From Lingula anatina (taxonomy: Eukaryota > Animalia > Brachiopoda), in the NCBI GenBank assembly GCA_051362555.1, contig CM120641.1, positions 23,690,401-23,754,400 of the forward strand: 64,000 bases of DNA. Reading direction: 5' to 3'. Each line of letters starts with the position of its first letter. Position 1 is the first letter of the stretch. The position numbers and the translations under genes were made by a program. Shown one piece after another: positions 24,901 to 37,600 of this stretch. The notes under the pieces are model-generated. The model saw only the letters and a program-made list of their open reading frames with translations, was not told the origin of the DNA and did no database searches.

Positions 24901-26327
24901 ATTAAGGTTTCTTTGAGAGAATCAAGGAAGGTAGGTCTAGCACAAAAACTTAGCGTCCTTCATCAACATCCCATGCTTGCCAAGAAGATCTGTTGTCTAT
25001 GTAGAACCCTTAGCATTGTGAATTGTTTGGTATAATTCTAAACATTACATTATTTGAATGTTCTATTTTCTGTAGATTCGTATTTGTGGTTTATTTTTTC
25101 CTCTTAGAAATCATAATGTGTATGTGCAATTGAGGCCTTCTGCTTTTTATATTTCCATCTTTTTTTTTTGCATCGATGACCTGTGTATTTTTATATATCA
25201 TTGTGAATGTGGTATTCAAATTGTATTATATCCAGTTCCATATTATTTTGACATGCCTTTTAGGGATTTGCTAATTATATATGTGTGAATTAGATATGTC
25301 ATGCTGTCTGGTAATATTCACCCTACACAACTAGAGTCAAAATGTATGGGACACCACCTGCATGTCACATATGTTGATCTATGTATATCTGCAGGCCTAC
25401 ATATACATGTAGGGCATGTGTATGTTCATATGGTTGATATTTACAGTTAAATGGAAGTCATCTCACTTCAACTCAGATTGCACTGAATTATTTACACAAT
25501 TACCTTCTAGTCTCGGCATGGATTCTTGATTATTGTCAGATATCTTTCATGTGAAAGAAACTACTATGTAACAGAGAAGATTTTATCTTTTATGATATTA
25601 TGTAGATGAAATTACATCATGAACATGTAGCCCAGACCAGTGACATTTGCCCACAGTTTCACATCTTGCTCAGATAAATTTTAAACTAACCTATTTATAT
25701 CAATATTTTCAGAAGATGAAGTTGATTCTCCAGTAAACCCGCAGCAGAAATCGCGGCCCGACCGTCCTCCTATGTTACCTGTAGACGAGGATGATTATCT
25801 CCAGCCCAAATCCACCAATCCAGCTGCTTACATGGACCTCATTGGTGGAAAAGGTAGTGTATCTAGGATCCTGGCCTTTTTTTGCTGTTGCTTTGTGGTA
25901 AAATACAGTCGCCTTTATTCAATGACACCTTTTTTTTTAAGCCTTTTTTTTTTTCAATTGATTTGTGGGGTATTCTATACATATATATTGTTTGTATGTA
26001 TCCTGGAAAATCGATTTGAAATAATTTGCATTTGTATGCATCATTTCAGAACAAGTTGAAGAGCCAAAGGACAATCACGACAATGATGTGTTCACAGAAA
26101 CTGGGAACATTGATAATCCAGAGTATTTTGCAGCCTTCAGTCCCACAAGTCCAGAGACCCCACTCAATGGACCTTTTAGTGATAAGAGACCACTGTATAA
26201 TCACAACAACAATAACAATAGACAATTAAACAAATCCTCAGCGTCAGCAGAGGACCTGCCTGATAGAAACTATTACAACGATATTCGTCCCATGGAGATG
26301 TCAAAAGTGGAAGAATCAAACTGCTAG
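5220..26327 (+). CDS. EGFR: Epidermal growth factor receptor (ErbB family RTK), 5'-partial, multi-exon
   Basis: GT-AG exons chain in frame: 5220-5332, 6322-6463, 6751-6852, 7088-7196, 7481-7645, [12059-12252 or 12440-12633], 14892-15240, 15522-15996, 16274-16359, 16677-16950, 17106-17390, 21101-21164, 21441-21532, 21742-21817, 22135-22281, 22446-22543, 24004-24195, 24473-24683, 25713-25853, 26050-26327. They encode furin-like Cys-rich domain II ([13 protein letters not shown]), the L2 domain ([10 protein letters not shown]), extended Cys-rich repeats, a TM helix ([21 protein letters not shown]), the kinase ([52 protein letters not shown]) and a Tyr-rich tail (EDYL, DDYL, NPEY). The exons for the signal peptide and L1 lie upstream of the window. 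Confidence 0.96.
5552..5782 (+). mobile_element. MITE family copy (AGATCGATCTA family)
   Basis: Aligns as the reverse complement of 30460-30663 over its length (e.g. CTGACAGTAATCTAGTGAGACTCCCC). Has terminal IRs with AGATCGATCT palindromes. A degenerate relative lies near 285-520. Confidence 0.8.
6877..6916. repeat. (TAA)n microsatellite
   Basis: Direct reading. Confidence 0.95.
10424..10507 (+). repeat. ~42-bp tandem duplication
   Basis: AAAATTGTTTTACAA(T/C)ATTGTCACAGTTATGTGCATGTATTAC occurs twice. Confidence 0.9.
10639..10710 (+). repeat. 18-bp minisatellite x4
   Basis: CAGACCTAGCCAGTCTCT / CAGACCTAACCAGTCATT / GAAACCTAGCCAGTCTCT / CAGATCTAACCAGTATCT. Confidence 0.85.
12059..12252 (+). 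CDS. EGFR: EGFR domain III exon, variant A (candidate mutually exclusive exon)
   Basis: ttccag|AGGATCAGC...GAGTGTG|gtgagt; 194 nt, phase 2 to 1. Encodes [64 protein letters not shown], equivalent to human EGFR exon 12. Confidence 0.9.
12440..12633 (+). CDS. EGFR: EGFR domain III exon, variant B (candidate mutually exclusive exon)
   Basis: tttcag|AGGCAGTGC...ACCTGTG|gtaagt; 194 nt, phase 2 to 1. Encodes [64 protein letters not shown]. Confidence 0.9.
17551..17658. repeat. Short foldback element; related partial copy at ~32200-32285
   Basis: GATTGATTTTTCACTAGATATTCA ... TGAATATGTAGTGAAAAATCAATC inverted repeat. The downstream CCCTGGTAGAGG is shared with the insert at ~32270. Confidence 0.55.
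17747..21038. mobile_element. Non-autonomous TIR DNA transposon, TA TSD (Tc1/mariner/pogo-type ends), in an EGFR kinase intron
   Basis: TIR CGGTAA(T/A)GTGCCATGAATTTCGAAC, 24/25 match, with TA on both sides. Repeated subterminal CGAAATTCA(T/C)G motifs. CpG-rich interior with no transposase ORF. Confidence 0.88.
23002..23436 (+). CDS. EGFR: Candidate alternative terminal exon of EGFR (alternative cytoplasmic tail, 144 aa)
   Basis: Acceptor ggttttgtag|TAT at 23001/23002 is phase 0, matching the donor at 22543. The frame is open for 144 codons starting exactly at the acceptor. All five Tyr are YxxL. AATAAA at 23704. Confidence 0.7.
   Translation, partial: YQQLEEQTKSEKSGVQSIFNGQASELIYESLGDDSIKEQCGEQPEPNVLSHVTNQPLGKDYSNLAAGSRLCENNSDFVLQTNNLDPDKAELDLHVAVLDLHKSDLDLPSADHSTPEYLALIATDDVGKSVFRVHYESLSSFHRR
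24907..24930 (+). CDS. EGFR: Candidate 24-nt in-frame microexon in the EGFR tail (GFFERIKE)
   Basis: ttttcctgtattaag|GTTTCTTTGAGAGAATCAAGGAAG|gtaggt; phase 1 to 1, frame-preserving and stop-free between exons 24473-24683 and 25713-25853. Confidence 0.45.
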
Positions 26328-26639
26328 CAGTGGAGTCATAGTCATGTGATGATATAGGTCCAAGGATGTGAAGTGAAATGTCCAGATGGGAAAATTACAC
26401 AAACTTGTCATAGAGCTCATTATATAATTTGTATACAAACCAATCTGCTGGCTTAGAGGGTATGGTGTCTGTTCTTCCAGTGCAATGTGGTGGCTATACC
26501 AGCTTCAGCCTGGCTTCTTGTATTCCTGGTCACAATGACTATTTCAAAGGTCATACACATGTGGGCACATCTCTGCCTGATAGATGCTGTAGTTTTCTTG
26601 CAAATTTCGTGTCATACTGCAAATTTGCCTTTGTAATAT

Positions 26640-26791
26640 CAGGTCCATAGCCAGCAATTTCAAAAAGGGGGGGGGGGTCTTTTTCAAAAAAAGTGGACCT
26701 TTCACCATCAAACCTTTAGGTAAAATTTTACCCATAGGGAACCTTTTCCCAGCAAAAAGGGGGGTTCTTTCAAACCCTGGCTACGGGACTG
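26640..26791. mobile_element. Small TIR element in the EGFR 3' UTR
   Basis: CAGGTCCATAGCCAG / CTGGCTACGGGACTG (12/15 inverted match), G-runs inside, AATAT on both flanks. Confidence 0.55.
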
Positions 26792-28653
26792 AATATTATC
26801 TGTAAAAAATGTTATGTTGCATTTAGTTTTTGTAAAAGTCGCATGTTCCCAATTATGGTAGATGATCAGGTTTCTTAAACACCAAGAACAACAAATTTTG
26901 ATTCAGTAAAAATTATTTTGATATTATTATACAATGAACACCAACACTATGGATCTTGAGTCAAACAGTGTTGTAATATCTACAATGTTTTGTAAAATAA
27001 GTAATTATGTTCAGGAATTGTGTAAAAGGGTGATGTAAATGGAAAGACCGATTTAGAACAGCGCGAGATTTAACTTGTCATAGTCAGACTTTTACAAGAA
27101 AATGAGGGATAATGAGTCAATTATTAACCCTGTCCTAGTCCAGAATGCTGGCAATATAGTGGTCTTCTGCTGTATGTGTGAATACAGGCAAACATTGGTC
27201 AAAGTAAAGGTTAAGGCCGGTGAAGATGGAAGATTCCAAAAGAATGTTATAACACAGGCACGAAGAAAAGGTTTCTATACAAACCATGTGGAAAATTACT
27301 GCCAAGTGAAACTTTATTGTCCTTACACAGGGATAGTTGAATCGTTTGCCATTTGTATATAGATCAATCATAAGAATGTCATTTTAATCATTTGACTCCT
27401 TAGTCATGTGGTCTGATCAAAATTATTTGTAGTCATTTTTAATGAGTTGAATTATTATTAAATATTGAGCTTTTAATAGTAAATATTTTAGCTATTTGAG
27501 TACTGTCAATACTGCCATATAAAAGCATGTCTCAGATCTATGGGGTTATATATATATAAGAAAGGTTGTGCATATTTCCCGTTTTGATAACTGTGTATAT
27601 ACATTATTACGATATTTTATGTTCAGAATTATCAAATAACTTGTTATATAGTATGAAGCAAGTGAACATTATCTTCATTTTTGCCAAGACTCAATCATAA
27701 GCTGTTTCTGTAGATATAAATTTAATGTTAATATCCATATTGGAGAGCAGGAGTATTGTGGATTGAGACAATTTAAATACCTAACTGCTGAGCAAAAATC
27801 TAGAAAAAAAAAATTTGTCTGATGGTAGAAGAAAAAAACATCAAAAGCAAGTTATGCCATGCAAGCGTCTTCAATTTATGTAGCTTCATATTTCAAATGA
27901 TAAGATGTAATATAGTTGTGTTAATAAATATTTTTATTATTTTGCAATCTGGTTTAAATTCAGTTTCGTCCTTTTTAAATGCTAGAAGAGCTACTACATA
28001 TTATCACGGTACAAAAGTCCACAACCTGCAAGCAGTCGAAAGAATTAATCCCAACACAGGCAGTTAATACTGATAACGAAAGTCCTTGATAGAGGAACTT
28101 TTACTTCCATGATTAGAAATTAATTTCTTGGTATGTCTTCCGAGTTTCTGACTCTTTAGGATTCCATGCATAGTCACAAAATTCTGCCTTGGAGAGTGGA
28201 AAAAACGATCTGGATTTCCTGTTAAATATATCAAATTTAAAAACAATTAAAATGGCAACTGCAAATTTCTTTTATGATTCACAGTTATGAATGGAATCCA
28301 GTATGCAGCCAAATAATATGCCTAATTTAAAAGTAACCTGGTCTGCTTTAGGGACAATTTTCTCCAAAATTACAATATTCTTGTTTTGTATTTCATAACA
28401 TTGTTTTTAAAATAGCTTCATTTTTTTCACAATAATATTTCCTAATGAACTTTCATCATCAGGATGCTTTGTTTGCAATGAACAGACAAGATGATGATTA
28501 CATGAGCTGGGTTGATTTATTACATATCCTGGTGGGTAAAATTGACTGTGTGGAACAAGAACTGTATGAAGTGTCAATATTAGTAGTTTATACTTTAGTG
28601 CAATATTAGTAGCTTGAGTAGCCTGTGGACCATAAATTAAAAACAATATAAAC

Positions 28654-31600
28654 TTAGCTGGTGTGTTTATAACATCTTGACAGTAAGCAGTTCCTGAAAG
28701 AATGATACATTATGTTAAGCACCCCGCACACGGTGAGCAATTGGCGTGCGCCACTTGCGCTGTGCCGTTTTCTCACCGTTTGCGGGGGTATTTTGGTGAG
28801 ATTTTTGCCTCTTGTGCAGCAGAGCAAAATATCTCACATGTTTGATATTGTTGGCCTCTTGAGGCAAATGGCTCAGCGTGTGCGGGGTGCAAGCGCCGAT
28901 TGCTCAAGTCATGCCAACAATGCGCATGTGCCGGTAGTCGGAAGTCGGAAACAAAAATGGCAGCCCCCAGCAAAGTCAACAAAAATGCACACAGTTATAG
29001 TTAGTCTGATTGATTAACGTGGTCACCATTTTCCATTACTTTCAGAAAAAAAATCAATATGTAATGTTTCCTTAATCACATGATCCCACAGTTCACGGTG
29101 CGTCCAATAGGAGCAGGCCGGGAGGCACCTCTGCTGAGCAAAGAGCGCAGCGTTTGCGGGGAGCTGAGGAGCGCGAGCATCTGGCGCAGCGCAAGTGGCG
29201 CGCGCCAATTGCTCACTGTGTGCGGGGTGCTTTACTATGATATTTTGTATTAGTATGATATATTGTATCACTCGTGCCCACTGACCTGTGTCCAGCTCTG
29301 ATCCTTGTATCCTGCATGTCCATCTCCACCAGTCTGGGAAGGTCAGTCACTGTGACAGAGGTCAGTTCATCTGTGTCCAGACTGCTGGCTACCTAGTAAC
29401 ATTAACAAAACAAAAATTAAAGTATGCTTTAAGAAAAAAATGAATTAAAAGAAAATTCACTAATGGTTGTGAATTAACCAACTACATGTTTTTCTGTGAC
29501 ATTTTGAATTGCAGCAAAGAACAGATCTCATAAAGTATTAAAAATGCCTGCCACTCACACACTGATCACTATTATTGGACAGCATTCCTTTTCCATATAT
29601 CAACAAAAATGATCTCTACTGATTCAGTCCCCCCCCCCCCAATGGACTGTTTGACACTCTCTCTTGGGTCCCGCTATCACCTTTCCCTTAAACCAATTCT
29701 AGCTCCCTCCCTATAAATCAATTTTACCTTGCTCCCAGGGGGACTCAGTATAGCACACGACCTATGGGCCCAGTACCCTGCCCCTTTCTGGACCCAGTCA
29801 GATCACCCCTGTAAAACCCTGTACCTGCCAGCATGGCTCAGTGGCCACCTTTGTCAATGCACACTTCCCAATGATGCCAGATGTCTTCCCCAGGGGTGGC
29901 AAGAACACCCCTCTACTGCTGGGTGGCACCTGCTGAATACCACTCCTCTCACATTTTTCTGTATGGTTTGATACAGGTGGTGTCAGCTGTGGCAGCTCGG
30001 TGGTAAATTCCAGGATTATGGAGTGAGCAGATGGCAGCTCTAACTCTGAAACAATGTTCCTGAACCTGGAAAGGTCCAAATAAATGTGTTTGCATCTTAT
30101 GCTGTATTGAAATACCAAATTAAATGACAATTGTCTTTATATTAAAAATAGAAACTAACCAAAGTGATACACTTTGATTCTTAATTTTAACTCAAAAGTA
30201 CAACCAGTACTTAATTAGTGCAAGACCGTAAAAGAAACTAAATAACTAATTCTATGTCTGAATATTTACACATGATCCAACTCAGAATTCAGGAGACTTC
30301 TTATCATTTCCATCTTTTCATCTTCACAAGCCCATCTTTCAGAAAGCTGGAATATCAAACCAGGTCACAAATCATCATGTGTCTACTTTTACTTACTATA
30401 ACTGAGAGTGTAGGAGGAAGGGGAACATACGCTAGCTGTTGCACCAAACTGCATTACTAAGGGCGTATTCCCAGAGCTATCCCGCGGGGAGTCTCACTAG
30501 ATTACTGTCAGAGAATCCGGCTTAAATGCCTGTCCCGCCTACTACAAGCTGTAAGAGGGTAATTAACTTTCGTGCCCACTCAGCTGACAGCTATCTAGCG
30601 TGAACCCCCAGGGAGTTAGGTCGATCTAAAGTAGATCGATCTAATCTCTGGGAATGGGGTCTTACTCTGGTAACAAAATTTGGGCATCTTTGCATGTTTT
30701 ATCTTACCCTAGAGAAAACTGCAGAGAGTTACTTCTACCAGATAAAGATGCAAGGAGTGACAAAAAAAAGTCTGATACTATTTTGAAGTTGTATAATGTA
30801 GGAAAGATAGAATACGGTAAAGTCTTGAAAATTTCGTCGTTCTTGAAAATTTCGTCGGCAGACGATTTTCCGCCGACGTAATTTTTTTCCCTTTGAAAAC
30901 TTCGTCGACCTTGAAAATGAGGCACTCGATAATTTTTGAAAAGTTCGTCACCAAATATGGCCGCGTTGTCCAGCTCAAACATGAAGGTAATGCGTCAGTT
31001 GATTCAAGACAATGATACGATCAGGATATCATTGCCGATAACACTCTCAATGGGAGATAGGAACAATAGTGCGCCCCTGCGAGCGGTTACTCACAATATA
31101 GATGGTTTAGATGTGAATTCCCGTTCTCAATTGCGGGAACGTCGGCCTTTTGTCTTTAGTTTCATTACTATTACCTGGCTTAAGGTGCGTTATCAAGCCG
31201 GCAAATAGAAGCCACAGGCCGCGGCTTTGTTATTTGTAACGCCGTTATTGTTATCGGCGGCTGTTCTAAATGAGGAAGACACAATGAAAAAATCAAGATA
31301 TTATCTCGAAGTGAAATGTACCCGTCACTTCTATTCATTTCCATGTTCAATTTAGGACCATTTAACGATTACCTGGCTCGTACATGGAGATCGTTCGCAA
31401 TGCGAATGGGACGAGATGGCAATTTTCAGATCCTCAGCGGGAGATCGTTCGCGATGTAAGCGAGAATAAAATGCACTTTTCATATTAGTTCAAGGGAACT
31501 TCGTTCGTGGAAGATCGTCAGCAGGAGATCATTATTTTAACCCCCTCCCCCTTTGAATTTTATAAATAATATATATTTTTCATTTTATCTTTAACCCCCC

Positions 31601-34600
31601 CTTCCCCCGCTCACGGCATATCTTCAGCGGAGAATCGTTCGCGTACTATCGTCAAGACTTTGTTCGCGTAAAATCGTCAGAGGGAGATCGTTCGCGATCC
31701 GAGCGAGACGAAAAGGCAATTTTCATATCTTCATCGGGAGATTGTTCGCGATGTAAGCAATAATAAAATGCAGTTTTCATATTAGTTCAAGGAACTTAGT
31801 TTGCGAACGATCTTCAGCGGGAGATCATTATTTTAACCCCGCCTCCCCCTTTGAATATTATAAATAATATATATATTTAGTTTTATCTTTAACCCCCCTT
31901 CCCCCGCTCACGGCATATCTTCGGCGGAGAATCGTTTGCGTAATATCGTCAGGACTTTGTTCGCATAAAATCGTCAGAGGGAGATCGTTCGCGATCCGAG
32001 CGAGACGAAAAGGCAATTTTCATATCATCATCGGGAGATCGTTCGCGATGTAAGCAAAAATGAAATGCAATTTTCATATTAGTTCAAGGGATTTAGGGAA
32101 CTTCATTCGCGGAAGATCGTCAGCGGGAGATCATTATTTAACCCCCCCCCCCCCCTCCCACACACACTTTGGATTTTTTTTAAATATTCATTTTCAGTCA
32201 GCTAAAAATGACCCATCTATCTAGCTAGAGACATATCTGTGAATATATGTAAAAATCTATCAGTCTATACCCTGGTAGAGGGTACTCACGGCATATGTTC
32301 GGCGGAGAATCGTTTGCGTAATATCGTCAGGACTTTGTTCACGTAAGATCGTAAGAGGGAGATCGTTCGCGATCCGAGCGAGACGAAAAGGCAATTTTCA
32401 TATCATTATCGGGAGATCGTTCGCGATGTAAGACACTGACACTCAATCCTGGGAAAAGCCCTATGCAACAAACGTTCCCAAGTGCGTAATTTTTTTAATA
32501 TGTCGCGTCCAGGTTATGATGCAAGGTTGCAATTAGGCTTATCTTGATCCTTCTTCTTTATCAGGAAGTAGGTTTCTTACCGAGAAAATAATTCTCAACA
32601 TGTTTTCGGGTACAGTAAGTTAAATATAACTTAATCGAGATGCACTAATAAAAAGATTATTATTTACCACCAGGAAATGACTTAGGAAGTAATAATAAAT
32701 ATCCCACAATATAGGAGGGTCAAAGATAACAGTCGCTAAGGATAAAAGCCCAAAGGCCGGATTTTTGAAAATTTCGTCATACCCAGGAGTCGGGGAGAGG
32801 TAATTTTGAAAAATTAGTCGGATTTACATAATTAAAAATATTAATTAATTTTTAAGCGACGAAATTTTCAAGACTTTACCGTACAATAGTCTCACCAGTG
32901 ACAGCTTTTGATCCATGTTTTGAACATATAAGTTGACTTTATCATGTCTCTCTGGGAGAAGATTTTCAGTCTCCAGGTATTTCAGCAATTTTGCTGAAAT
33001 GACAATTTGAAACTAAGAAAAATGAGCAAAAAAAAAAAAAAATGTTGTAAAAAACAGCACCTCTGGTACCAGACACTGGGAAATTGTCTCCCATCCATAT
33101 CTACAAACTGATATAAAGTGTGCCCCCCCTACCCATCTTTAATATGATTTTTCCTACAGAGAATCATATGCTTTATATACCTTTGATGCCATTTATCCTG
33201 CAGAAGATAACATATCTAGTGAATAATCTCTGAAGACGTACACCTGCTACATCCATGGATTTCTCTAGCAGCCTCTTAGTTTCCTGACAACAAACAACAA
33301 GTAATATAAATTCAATGTAGGTTTTGCACATAAGGATGCTTGAAAAGGAGCAAAAACTTATAAAAAGCTGTTGTGTAATTATATGTAAAGACCTCTGGAA
33401 GATAGTTGGTCCAGTAAATTAAGTATGCTGCCAGATGTAAAAAGGCATTTGACCCCTTTTATTAGTTCATTTCTTTCTGATTGAAAGTCAAAGGGCTAAA
33501 AAATAAAATAAACATCCATACTTCATATCTCTCCTGTGATATTTTGCTTTGCCGATAACTTGACTCCAGGAGCTCCAACTTTTTCTTGTAATCCTTGCAT
33601 TGACTGCAAGGCCTCATTTCAGGCAAAGATGTCAGGCCAGGAACAGAAGATTGGGAATATTGCTGGAAGAAAGTAAAATGAAAACAGTCATTGCAATAAA
33701 TGCACCCCTTCCATTTAGAAATGAAAAAAAGAAAAGGTGATGAGATACTGTTTGCATGATAAAATCCTGAAATATGACACCAAAAACTTGTATTGCATGC
33801 TTTGTACATACATTTCTTACTACCCTTCCAGTGCAGAGGTTGCCCAGGAACATATGTTTTTTTGGGAGTTCAACTTTTAGGAGAAAACTCAAACAAATAA
33901 GCACTGTCTTTGCTTTCTAGTAAAGCTCACTTTTATTACATCTTTTTAAAAAGTCTCACTCAAAGCCAAACTGACTGTTTTTATTGACCAGGTATAGCCC
34001 GGCCCTGATTGAGAGAGAGGATAATTATGTAAATATGATTTAGAATGTTCTATGAGCACATTTTTGGATCATACTTCTTTGGGAAAAATCTTAAGTGCTT
34101 CGGTTTGTCAACTCTTAATTTTTCACATTAAAGGCTACCTGCTTTTGCATTTCCTTAACCATTTCTTTATGAGCTTGAAGTTCTTTCTGCAATTTACCCT
34201 TTCTCTCTTTTATCATTTCCTTCATTGCAATTGTTCTATTGGTTTTGGTCAAAACATTTTGCTCCCTGCAAAACAAACAAAAAAAATTAATTTATAAACA
34301 AACAAATAAATAAAATCCTTCAGGTTTTTTCACATTAGCACACATAGTCATAACTACTACTCAGTGCAAACAATTAAGCTGTCAGGGCAATTTTTTAAAG
34401 AAAATTGTCAGGCTTAGCTTTGTTTGCTAATTATAAATGACCGATTTACAAAATGTAAGTAAGTATGTGAAGGCAATTTTAAAGCAGTCATAGGGGCCTT
34501 TGGAAATGAGTGAGGTAGCTATAGCTAATGCACAGTTACTCCATGGGGACAATTGCTGAATGCTATGAGATTAACAGACAAAAAAACACCTCTTGACATT

Positions 34601-37600
34601 GAACAAAATACAGAAAAGCTGGTATTTATATGAGTATGTTGGAAACAAGAGGCGTGTCAGTCTATTAATCAGCTTTCAGCAAGAGTCCAATTACTGTGGA
34701 TTAGCTTTTGTGAGCTAACTCATTTTGAATGGCTTCATAATAAGTCTAAATTTATAATGATAACCATTCAACAAGATGGACAGTGGGTCTTTTACATTCC
34801 AGTTTCATCAGGAGCAGTCCTTCAGAAAACATATAAAGTAAACTTACAAGAGCTGGTAGTCCTTTTGTAAAGCATTAAATTGGCCCCACAGCCGCTTGTA
34901 TCTGTCCGTCAAACTGCCATACTTTGTGTTCTAAGGGGAAAACCGATAAGTATTGTGAATAAATAAATATATCAGTTAATGAGAGTTTTTTCTTATTTCT
35001 CTGGTTATAAAACATATACAAAATAGGCTCCTATGTGCAATAGATGCTTCTATGTTATCATAAATCAAAACTGAATTTAAAAATATTTATATTGCCTTCA
35101 TCAAAATTTAGGGAAGACCATAAAACTATGGAGATTATATAAGGAAACAGTGTATCTTTTTCACCTCTTCATTTCTTATTCCCTTGAGTGCCTCCTCGGC
35201 AGCAGACAGTTGTTGTTTGGTTTGCCTAAGTTCATCTGTCATCTGCTGGTTGTTGTGTTTTACTTTCTTCATCACTGCCATTATAGTCTATCATATGAAA
35301 AAAATGACTGTCACAAAAAAGAATCAATGTTTATCCATGAGAGAGTATCTGCATTTATTTCTATTTTAGGTTAAAATCATATTAACAACATTCAACCATT
35401 TGTTTATCTGAACAATAAGAAATCATTATTATATTATGATATTCTTCAGTACAAACATACATGCAAACATTACAATAAAACTGATAACACTGTACGCAAT
35501 ATTTCTAACCTCCAAATCTTTGTTTGCAAAAGCTTTGGCTATGGTGTTATCCTTGATTTCAAACCTCTTGTTCAGCAGTGCTTGGGACAACTTGAATTCT
35601 ATGGCAACCAGCACTAAAAAGATACAATGGTGCTAATAACAATAAAGAATATCAATTATTTCTCTTTTTATTTCTGTCAGATTCTTTTTTTTTGTTTCAT
35701 CTATGGAAGATTTGATAAGCTAGTATGACAGAACTGTCTGCACATTGTAAAATTTCTGCCATAACAAAATTGATGTTCCTATATAGATCATATCTTTTTG
35801 TCTAAACTGATGGAGATAATCCTACTTACGCTCAACTGCATTGCTAGCCATTTGTCCCAGGAGGAACTTGGCGTCACTGGGTACCTGAAACAAATGAACC
35901 ACACCGACATGAATCCCCTATTAAAAGTTATGGCAGAAGACGTATACCCACTAGGACGCAACTGCACCTGTCCATTCAGAAAGGTCCCCAGGCCAAACTG
36001 ATTTAATTTTTAAGGCTGACATCCTCTGGAGACCTATAAAAACTTATGCGAGTAGGTGGAGACAGAAAAAAAATGCTGCTAAAGTTAAGAAATACCCCCC
36101 CTCTAAATCCGCCACTGAACCATGAAAATGTGGATCAGTCCAGAGAAAAGTGAAAAAAAAAATTAAACAATATTTTTATATCATCCTCTTACTGGAAGAA
36201 TATATAACCACCTGTGGTAGCTATGGATTTAATTGACCTACTTAATTCATATCTGCTAGCTACATTTAATTTTTCAAATGCATAGACATGCTTTTTTCTA
36301 AAAGATGGTTATAAGAACATATTATGGATGACATAATGTGGAAAGTCTTGTGCCTCTTGCCTTGACTAAGAACACGTGGTTGCTTTGGATTACTAAGGGC
36401 ATGCCATATAATGAACAGATACAATCAAATCCATGTGAATAAACTTACTTCTTCTGTGGGTAAATTAGCCAACTGCCGGACGTAGTAGGCAGCATCTGGT
36501 AGATTCTCTTTGTCCAATATTTGTGCCACTGTGTCCTTGAACCGATTGATGGCTCTCAGCAAGTGTATGCTTTCCTTGTGGATTCCCAGCAACTGTTCCT
36601 TATGCTGTGCTTCAACTTTCCTAATGGTTGCCTCAGACCTTCAAAGGAAAAAGTAACAACTACAACACTGTAGTCTTCTTCATGACTTGGCGTGAAAACC
36701 CAAACTGCTATTAGATTTAAATTTTGCTTAACAAATGTCCAAACTCAACAAAACACTTTGGCCCATAGAGAGGTATTAATCAAAATCAATATATCATAAA
36801 ATTTTATATATAAATATAAAATAATGTTAATGACAAGCCTGCAAGTTTTTCAGATATTTGTTTATCATTAACAGAAAACTGAGATATAACAGTTGACTCA
36901 CCTCTGCTTTTCCTTATGAACAAAAACCTTCAGTCGGTTCACCTCTCCCTCATACTCATTTTTGAGCTTGTTGATCAATTTAGCTATATCATTTTGTGAC
37001 TTCCCTGACTTTTTCTCGCTGCCACTACTCCCAGCTGCACCTTCATGGTCAGAAATGGACCTCTGAATGTCTTCTAGCACCATCATCAGCTGATACTCTG
37101 CCTTCACTTCACCAAGTCTACTTTCTTGAAACTGAATCAACTCGTCTTTCATTTTGAGGTCTTGCAACAACCGCTCCACTTGCCTTTCAAGGGTGTCATT
37201 CTGGAATGAGATACCAGTACTAAAAGCCTGCCAGTGAAGGAAATTAAAGCATGATCTGACATGCCAAAATCTTTTCATCAAAATGAAAAAATGCTCAAAC
37301 CTTTAACAATTCAATAAACTCCTGAACAGGGATATTGCTTTCTATGACAAATGTCATATGATAGTCTTAAAACAGGAAAAAGGCAATTTGAATAGTATTC
37401 TAGTAAAATGTTAACAAAAATTTTTGTTAATAGGAAAATGGAAGCTATTATGATTAATAGAGAAAGGAAACACAATAAAGACACCTTCTGGTATAGAGTT
37501 CTCATCTGAAGGTTCAATAGGGGTCCTGTAGATTCTGGGGTCATTTCTCCAATTCTTTCCTGTTCTATTTTGGTCAATTCAGTCAAAGAATCAACCTTCA

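Noticed and set aside
31388-32430. CRISPR-like repeat/spacer appearance
   Set aside because: The spacers themselves repeat with ~297-bp period, the array lies inside a TIR element in a eukaryotic intron, and there are no cas genes.
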